Assembly (NCBI GenBank): GCA_044892525.1
Contig: CM097885.1
Location: forward strand, 50,470,001-50,534,000
Direction: 5' to 3'
DNA: 64,000 nucleotides
From: Schmidtea polychroa
Taxonomy: Eukaryota
A program made the position numbers and the translations under genes. Shown one piece after another: positions 54,223 to 64,000 of this stretch. The notes under the pieces are model-generated. The model saw only the letters and a program-made list of their open reading frames with translations, ran no database searches and was not told the DNA's origin. Each line of letters opens with the position of its first letter. Positions within the stretch are counted from its first letter, which is position 1.

Positions 54223-54593
54223 ATCACAAAGCTTGTACTGTTTATTTTATTAAAGTGAGACATCCGACAAAGAATTTTACACCATTAATCGGATTCACTT
54301 GTAAACAGTTTCTGTGTATCGACAAATTTTTTAGTCCGCAAAGGTGAATATGATTTTTGATACGCCATGTTTACAAGTTTACAGATTTTTTCTGTGATCA
54401 AGCTAATTTGCAAGTGATGTGATTTCCAGTGAAATTACCAGTGTATGCAATAAAGTTGAATCGGTAATATTGTATATTGTAATAAGAGAAATCTTCGCGT
54501 CTTCTGCATAGTACTGATGAGAGCCAAAAGCTCGAAACTAGTCTACTATTGGGATTTGCACTTGGTATCACAAAGCTTGTACTGTTTATTTTA
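54223..54593 (+). mobile_element. Retrozyme-like unit (344-bp period, 27-bp terminal direct repeat)
   Basis: ATCACAAAGCTTGTACTGTTTATTTTA at 54223 and 54567; contains a canonical hammerhead; flanked by (AAT)n. Confidence 0.7.
54508..54549 (+). ncRNA. Type I hammerhead ribozyme
   Basis: Helix I ATAGTA/TACTAT, core CTGATGA, helix II GAGC-CAAAA-GCTC, GAAA, minimal palindromic helix III ACTAGT, GTC cleavage triplet (after 54543). Confidence 0.9.
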
Positions 54594-54624
54594 ATAATAA
54601 TAATAATAATAATACAAAAAAAAG

Positions 54625-54826
54625 TGATAATTCAAGCCTTTTGCTGCAAATAATGTATTTAATGAAAGAATTTTCGACTATAAACTAATCCTTGTCAATG
54701 AGGAGATTGACAAGGACTATCTTATAGTCGAAAATTCTTTCATTAAATACATTATTTGCAGCAAAAGGCCTAAATTATCATTTTATTGTTTTAGAATAAA
54801 TGCTGCTACCAAGAAATCATCATTTA
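54625..54826. repeat. Head-to-head copy of the TTGACAAGG family with a 6-bp spacer
   Basis: Homologous to 25143-25351. Confidence 0.8.
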
Positions 54827-54836
54827 ATAATAATAA

Positions 54837-54924
<88 letters not shown>

Positions 54925-56192
54925 TTTAAAAATCTTAATTTTACTTTGACCGTATTATGATTAACTTAAATCTTGAAAGCAATACAATGTCCTAAAATTA
55001 AAGAATACTAATAAAAATAAAGGTTTTTATATATTTGGAAAATATTATAAAAATCAAATTTATTCAAAACAATTTTTATAAAATTTGGAAGAAAAATATG
55101 TGTAAAGTCTAATTTATATTGTAAAACAAAATAAATATAAAATGAAATTGTGAATAACTTCACTAATTTATGATTTATCTAAATGTTTTTTATCGAATTT
55201 AGCTAAACACTTTTTAATAAATATAATAGGTCAAATTATAGGTAAAATAGGTAAATCTGTCAAAAATATCATGATTAATTTTTATAATTAACAAATAAAT
55301 ACTCTAAATAGAGTAATATATTAAATATCTAAAAATAAATATATAAATTTATAAAACTTTTATATTAAGAAAGAAATTTAAAAGAAATATTAATTTTATT
55401 AAATGGTTTTCGGAATTTAAAAATTTTCTAATCAAAGGGAAATTAAGCAACTTAATTTTCCGAATTCTGTATTATAAATTTAATATTTTAATATATATAT
55501 ATATATTAATTTTAAAAAAGCAATTTAATATTATAATGTTAATAATAAAAACAACAAAATTAACAGAACAAATCTTATCAAAACAAAACTACACTATAAT
55601 CATTATTTATTAAGATCACAATATTTACAAATTTGTGTTTGACGCAGAAAAAATATTTTAAATAATAGAATTACGATTTAATTTAAAAATTATTAAAAAT
55701 TTTTATTTCCAACTTTAAAATAAACCTTTTCCTAAGCGATAACAATTATTTTGTAATTTTATTTTATTTATAAATCAAATATGTTATTTCAAAGATATTT
55801 AGAAAATCTTCTGGTATTTTTTTGATAAATAAAATATATTTATAATTTATTTATAGATATCAGCCTTATTGTGTGTTCAATGTTGGATGTTGCTATCAAC
55901 AGGTATGACTAGTTTACTATGAGCCCCATGATAGATATCCCATAAAATTTAACTATATATCTGATTCCTTTATTAATGTTATAATACATATAATTTAAAG
56001 TATTCTAGATAGTTATTTTGTGTTTTTATCATTTATCAGTACCTGGCTTTATGTCAAATCCTATTTCACTGTGTTTCCTAAAATGGAATCAAACAATGTT
56101 TGTCACTCCTACCAATTTTGATTCCAACTATTAAGAGTGTGATTTAGCTTTCTTACACATGTTGAAAGTACTTCATGAATTAATTTTATAAA

Positions 56193-57253
<1,061 letters not shown>

Positions 57254-57519
57254 GTAACAACTACCATCAAACTAATATTACGGAATTAAGTGACATGAAA
57301 AACATGAAAAAAATGTTTAAATGTCAATTGCATTTTTATTTAATTTAATTGTTCTATTATAATATATAATTTAGATCATGTTATAATTAATATCATGATC
57401 AAGTGTATTTCTGGAAGTGTTTTACCTTTTTATCTTTAAAAAAGCTTATTTTGTTTCAAATATTTTTAATTTGATAAGTCAGTAGTACTACTTTTCATAA
57501 TAATAATAATAATAATAAT

Positions 57520-57576
<57 letters not shown>

Positions 57577-58639
57577 CACGATAACAATAAAAATAATTCA
57601 CAAATTATTTACCAATGCAAATAAAAAGATAAATTTATATTATTTCTAATAAAAAGTTTTGAATTTGACACATTTCATTAATAACAAATTATTTGTTGTA
57701 TATAGTCACTCATGCCTGAAATATCCGTCATTCAATATATATGATTTTATTCATTTCAGTGCATTCATTACCTGACTTTGTAGAAATTATCGTTGGAAAC
57801 ATGAGACAATAAAAAAGATATTAAAATAAACTAAAAAAATCATTTTTCGAATTATTATAAATTTATGTTGTTTAATTAAAATGCATTTCCAGAACTTTTC
57901 AACATTTAAGTGTGTTTAAGTGAAAATCGCTATTTAAGACAGCAAATACCTGCAAAAGATGCAAATGGTGGTTGTTCATACTCGCTCAGCAGTTGGTAAT
58001 CTACAGCTTTGGAGCCCCATGCTCTTTTAAAATTTAAATATTAAATTAAAATTGTAAAAAGTGGAATATTTTCTATATACAAATCTTTGAATATTTTAGC
58101 AAATGTGATTTTAAAAATAGACCTATGGACTAAATATTTATTTTATTTAGGATTCTTTTAAAATCAGTTATGTATAGACAGCTATAAGTTTGTAATTTAA
58201 AATGAAATATCGTAATTTTTGTTTTTAAAAATTGTAGAAAGATATGCATTAATAATATATTTTAATTTTTGTGTCTGAAAATAGGTAAAGGGTTATTATG
58301 AAATGAAATGAAAAGAGGAGATATGTGATCAATAGTGGTATAAATATATTTCAAGGAAATTATCCTCATCAATTTGCCATAATAATTTGTGTCAAAAGTT
58401 ATATACGAAAACAATTATGATGAAATAGTTATGATTTAATTAGATAATTAAAACATCTCAATAAATTTGTTGCTGATTGAATGTTAATTGTAGAAAATGC
58501 CTCTCATAAAATTTTATTATTCAAGTTTTAATTAAAATTTTATATTAAACGAAAGTGAAAAGCAATAACATTTTGGCACTTGAAAAAAGCTGCAATGAAT
58601 ATTTATAGTTATTTAAAAAACTTTTCTTATATTAATAAA

Positions 58640-59635
58640 TTAAATTATAATTATAAGAAAGCACCATTGAAACATTCGTTTCAAGATATATTTCGACAGT
58701 TTTCCTGTCATCATCAAGTTGGATATAATAACTATAAAAATTAAAGATTTTTAAACAGATTTATTAATTGTATTAATTATATAAAAATATTTTTAATAAA
58801 AAAATTTCATTCATTTAAAAATTATAATTTAAATAATATATTATTTTTTAAATTTTAACATATTGAATTTAATTTAGTGATTTGTTAATTATTTAATTTA
58901 ACAACAATGCATACCATACAATATACAAAAGATTATTTAAAAACATTTAAAGTACAAGTATTCACAGTATTCTGCACATTAATTTTTAGATTCAATGGCT
59001 GCATCAATAACGCCTCAAAAATTACACGTTCCTAATAATTATCGAAATTTTTTAATAAAATTTTAAAATCAGACACCCCTATTTTACTCTTACAGTCCTT
59101 ATTGTGCTCACTAATATTAGTCGAGGCCTTCGGTCTATAATTCTCTTGAGCTAGAATACAGAGATGACAGGAAGTATCTCCAATGTATGTGGCATTACAC
59201 CCATTACATGTAAACTGATAAACGCAATAAGAACACAATTCAATCGAAGTTAACTCATCTACCATTTGCAAGTTCATCTATTTGTTGATACCATTCATTA
59301 TTGAAAAGAAACTTGATTTTTGTAGTATCTAATTCAAGAAGTTCACGAAATGCTTTTCTATCCAAAATATGATGATAAGAAATGTTTTCATTCCATAACA
59401 AACAACATAAATCAATAGTTTCAACCAATGGTACATTAGTAAACAGACTACAAACATCAAACGAAACCATAATTTCGTCCACACTTTGTGTATTATATTG
59501 TGCAATGTAGGAAAAAAATTCAAAATTATCTTTACATTCAAAAATATATCAAAAATATCGTCGAAATATATCGTGAAACGAATGTTTGACTGGCGCTTTC
59601 TTATAGTTAAATCGTTACCATGTATGCTTAGCAAT
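58640..59635 (-). mobile_element. Second Penelope-like copy, internally deleted, with an inverted partial terminal repeat at its 5' end
   Basis: SFDVCSLFTNVP and VYQFTCNGCNATYIGDT; degenerate hammerhead at ~58682-58720; inverted repeat piece at 59560-59632. Confidence 0.85.
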
Positions 59636-60979
59636 AAATTATATTTATATTCTTAATTTGATTTAAATTAATTATCGGTAAAAATTGAATTTTATAGTTT
59701 TACTGAAAGTCTTATGAATAAATTTATCATTATCATTTATTTGGTAGATTTGAGGTAATGGTAAATGAAGATGTTCCTACTGTATATATTAAAACTTTTA
59801 TTTACCCTTTTCATTTTCATTCTTTTTTATCCAACTATTGGTTGATCACTGAAGGTGGACGTCACTTAGTGAGTGACTTCAATATAACAGATAATTTTCA
59901 TCATTTATTAATTGTTTTAAAGCTAACTTCTGTATCATACAATTTTAAAATTTGAAATTACAAATTACCATATAAGTTGTAGTAAAATATCTTAATAGGC
60001 TAAGAAACCTTTTCATCCTATATATTTACAGACAATACGTTAGGCAAATTATAGTGTTAAGAGAGACATTCTTATGACAGATTTGGATATGAGAATCACT
60101 AAAGGCTACTCAATATATAATGGATATTAACATTTTATAATAATAAGTATTCTAATTATATTTTTTTTACTTTCCAGTAAGAGGTATGTTAAAAAGAAAA
60201 AAAATTAAAATGTATGTTAAAGTAAAGCACTTATTAGTTTATTTAAATTTTTATGTTTGATTAAAAATAGTTCACTATTATAAAAATCGGAAATTAGAAT
60301 ATTATTTAATATTAAAGAAGAAATTTCGATGAAACAATTGTCTAAAAACATCTTTCACTTTATGCAATAAGTACAGTATAAATATCAGAATTAGATAAAA
60401 TGTAAACGCAGAAAAGAAAATGAAGGAAATGGGTATGAAACTAGTTTTTAAATAAATATAAAAAAAGGAAAAGTAACAGGGAAAATGCAAAATTATTACA
60501 ACCAAAAGATTCATATTACCAGTCCATTAATATATAGTTTACATATCTTCAATTAATAGATTTATTGAGATTTATAATTATTAGATTCATTAAAACAAAT
60601 TTTTGATGTGAACTTTTATATAAAAAATCATTATTAATTTAATATAAATAATATAAATATTAAAAATGAAAAAAGCAACCAATCAAAACATCAAATTATA
60701 TGTAAATAAAACTCCTAAATGTCATATTGAAATAGATTAAAGCGGTGCTACGAATAACAGATAATCAGACAATCAATAATTATTACTAGACAAACAAAAT
60801 ATTATTGATAATATTTCAAGTTCAAATTGATTGATTTATCACGTTTAAGTATTGACAAAATAATTCATAAATATCACTAATTGCCCGTGTATTGAATTGT
60901 AATTAAAAATTTATATTAATTATAAATATTGACTTATAATATCAATGATATCAATGATATCAATAATATCAATAATATC

Positions 60980-61118
<139 letters not shown>

Positions 61119-61436
61119 TAGAGAATGAATAATTAGTTGTTTTGCATTTCTTTAATATTTTGTGTTTGTTCATCACATATTTCATAAATTAAAAGAAAAA
61201 GAAAATAAATATTTTATTTTTTCATTTTGAAATGGATTGCTTGATTAGGCAATATGCTGCAGGTTGAAAGATTTAGGAATATAAATATAATTATATAATT
61301 GATAGTTCCTTTGAAAATATGTAAAAGATCCATTTTATTTTATTAAAATTTGTGTAAACCAATTTATTATAAACTTTTGAAACCAAAAAAAATATTAATT
61401 TTCAAAATATTTACAAAATTAAAATAATATAAATAT

Positions 61437-61637
61437 TACAAGCTTTGCGATACCCAGATCAAATCCCAATAGTAGACTAGTTTCGAGCTTTTGGCTCTTA
61501 TCAGTACTATGCAGTAGACGCGAAGATTTCCCTTCGCGCCAGGTAAGAATACAATATTGCTGATTCAACTCTATTGCATACTTTCCTCATTACACTGGAA
61601 ATCACATCACTTGCAAATTAGCTGAAGCACAGAAAAG
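61437..61637 (-). mobile_element. Second, partial copy of the retrozyme-like unit
   Basis: Reverse homolog of ~54388-54582. Confidence 0.75.
61469..61510 (-). ncRNA. Hammerhead ribozyme copy with a core substitution (CTGATAA)
   Basis: Helices identical to 54508-54549; G8A in the core, so probably inactive. Confidence 0.75.
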
Positions 61638-63520
61638 AATTAAAATATTTCGGTGATAATGGAATTTTTCAAAATTACTATATATATTTAATAAAACAAA
61701 TATCAATATTGTCATTAATTCTTTTTATAAGAATAATAAAATGTAAAGACACAATCGCCACAAATTTTAAAAATTACCCAATAATTATTATTGATTATAA
61801 TAAATAATCAATATTTCTATAAAATTTATTTAATTATTTTATTGATTGTTAAACTATCATTATGCGATGAATTATTGACAAATTAATTTGCTCTTTAAAT
61901 GCCTTATTAGTTAACTTATGTTTGTTTAAATGCACTAAACCTGTCATTATGAAACAATTAATTTGAAAGATTTGTTTGGAAATTCATCAATAAGCTTTGT
62001 GAACAAATAACAAAAAATGTAAACAATAATAATGAATTGCATAGATTTAAAAATTTTGTTAGATAGACAGTTTGTTGGATAAAAGCTCAAATTGATAAGA
62101 ATAGTGAAACATTTTCACATATAAAATCTAGATTTTACACAATAGACAATTAAATGTTAGTTTTGTATTATTCAAGCTTTAAAGGTTTTCAGCAATTTAT
62201 TGTTAAAATGAAATATCTAATAAAATTAATTTGTTTTTGTTTTATTTTTTATAATTTGGAAATGTATTTTTTAAATGTAATTTTAAAAGTATATTAAATA
62301 CGTTTGTAAATTTAATAAATTACTAGAGGTGCACAATATATGTTTCGAGTATAGTTTTTTATTTTCCTACTATCATATATCACACATTTTCAATATCACT
62401 ATCTTAATTTTTCTTCTCCGTTTCTTCTCGTGCTGACCAACAATCTTCTTTGTTTATTTATGCCTATTTAAATTTTAACCGACATTATATTAATTTAACT
62501 TACATTTGGACAATTCGGGAGTTCTTTACATTCTTCAATGCATATAAAATAAATATATTGCATTATATGTTTTCACCGATATCTTTAATGTATTATTTTA
62601 ACCTTTGTCGACTTATTAACCTCACCGACTCTTTCTTTTAACGTCTTCATCATTTCCCCTGCGAAACTCTTTCGAATTCGTCATTGAAGAAATTAAGTAT
62701 AAGAAAAATTCGATATATTTAATTAAATCAAATAATATTTCAACAACTTTGAACATACGTATTTAATTTATACGTTAATTAAATTTAAATGCTTTATTAT
62801 GTCATTATTCAAGGAAATATTTTTATTTCTTATTGAATCTATTATTAAATATTTACAATTGCAGATATACCTCTTTTAAGGATTATTTTATTTTATTAAA
62901 GCGCTTTCGTTTTTTAACCTAAAATATTTTTATCCAAAGAATTTATAAATTTATAGTTTTAAATTTCTACCAGAAATTTCTGTTAAATATTTATTTTCAT
63001 GAAAATTAAATTGTAAAATAATAAAAATTTTCAAAATAAAAAATATGACAATATTATCAATATTTCTCTCTTTTTTCTAAATTGCAGAATTAATTAAAAT
63101 AAAAAATTGAGAATATTTGAACATATTTAAATCTAAATAATATGGAAATCAAAATCTTTTCAAACCAATAATATAATAAATTTTTATACTAATTTTTTTA
63201 TCAACATTTTGTTTTATTGAAAATACGTAATTTGTTGAAGAAATGCAATTCCTTATCAGAATTTGGTATGGAAAGAGAAAATATTTACATTGAAAAAAAA
63301 TAGAGATAAAGAAATCTATGTAAATTTTAAGAAGAAATACTTACGAAATATGCGGAGAAAATAACTGTGAATGCCAAATTGTTGATTTGTTTATATATTG
63401 CCGACTAAATGAGAAAATTGTTAAATTCATAAGTTTCATTTAATTCTTTTTCCTTTTTCAGTCGAATACCATGATGATTCCGTTAGACATTTTAATATTC
63501 CCCAATATCCCAAATATTCC

Positions 63521-63556
<36 letters not shown>

Positions 63557-63557
63557 G

Positions 63558-63676
<119 letters not shown>

Positions 63677-64000
63677 CAGCATTATTATGATTATTATTTT
63701 TCTTTGCTTCTTTTAGAAAACTTAAGTTGTAAAATAAAATGAAATAACTCAAATTTCTAATTTACTGATCCCATTAACAATATTTTAACATAAAATATCT
63801 TTACACTTTTCAAGTTATTTTTCAAATGTAAGCCTTATCTTATAAATATAATTATCAATTAATGTATAATTACAAACATTTCTATATTTATTTTAACTTA
63901 AAAGTAGAAGTAATTTTAACCTTTATCAATTAAATGTTTAATTGAAAAAGAGGAAAACTTTTGACAGTTTTACGATCACTTTAATCAATTTCTTTATTAT

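Noticed and set aside
55857..55902. Candidate next PCBP-like exon (good AG and GTATGA sites)
   Set aside because: 46 nt with no similarity to the KH linker or KH2; cannot be supported without transcript data.
57943..57995. Candidate small plus-strand exon
   Set aside because: Weak acceptor and no recognisable protein motif.

Overview
Very AT-rich, microsatellite- and transposon-rich eukaryotic (animal) DNA; the composition and repeats suggest a planarian-like flatworm, but this is inference. There are two divergent, intron-containing host genes. BBS7 is on the minus strand: 12 exons reconstructed from 29512 (ATG) to 1400, with the last exon not found and probably outside the window. A PCBP/mub-type KH-domain gene is on the plus strand: 4 coding exons from 42226 to 49218, continuing further. 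Introns and intergenic DNA contain a Gypsy element with an intact pol and a clear -1 frameshift slippery site plus pseudoknot, two Penelope-like copies, mariner, Chapaev3, pogo, hAT and MULE relics, and hAT and piggyBac MITEs. Two things stand out. First, an 854-bp TG...CA-bounded unit in an (ATT)n tract carries an intronless, in-frame 210-aa chimera of ADF/cofilin, polyubiquitin and RACK1 fragments. Second, there is a dense set of hammerhead-ribozyme motifs, including a canonical type I hammerhead in a ~344-bp retrozyme-like unit and several hammerhead-bearing palindromes.
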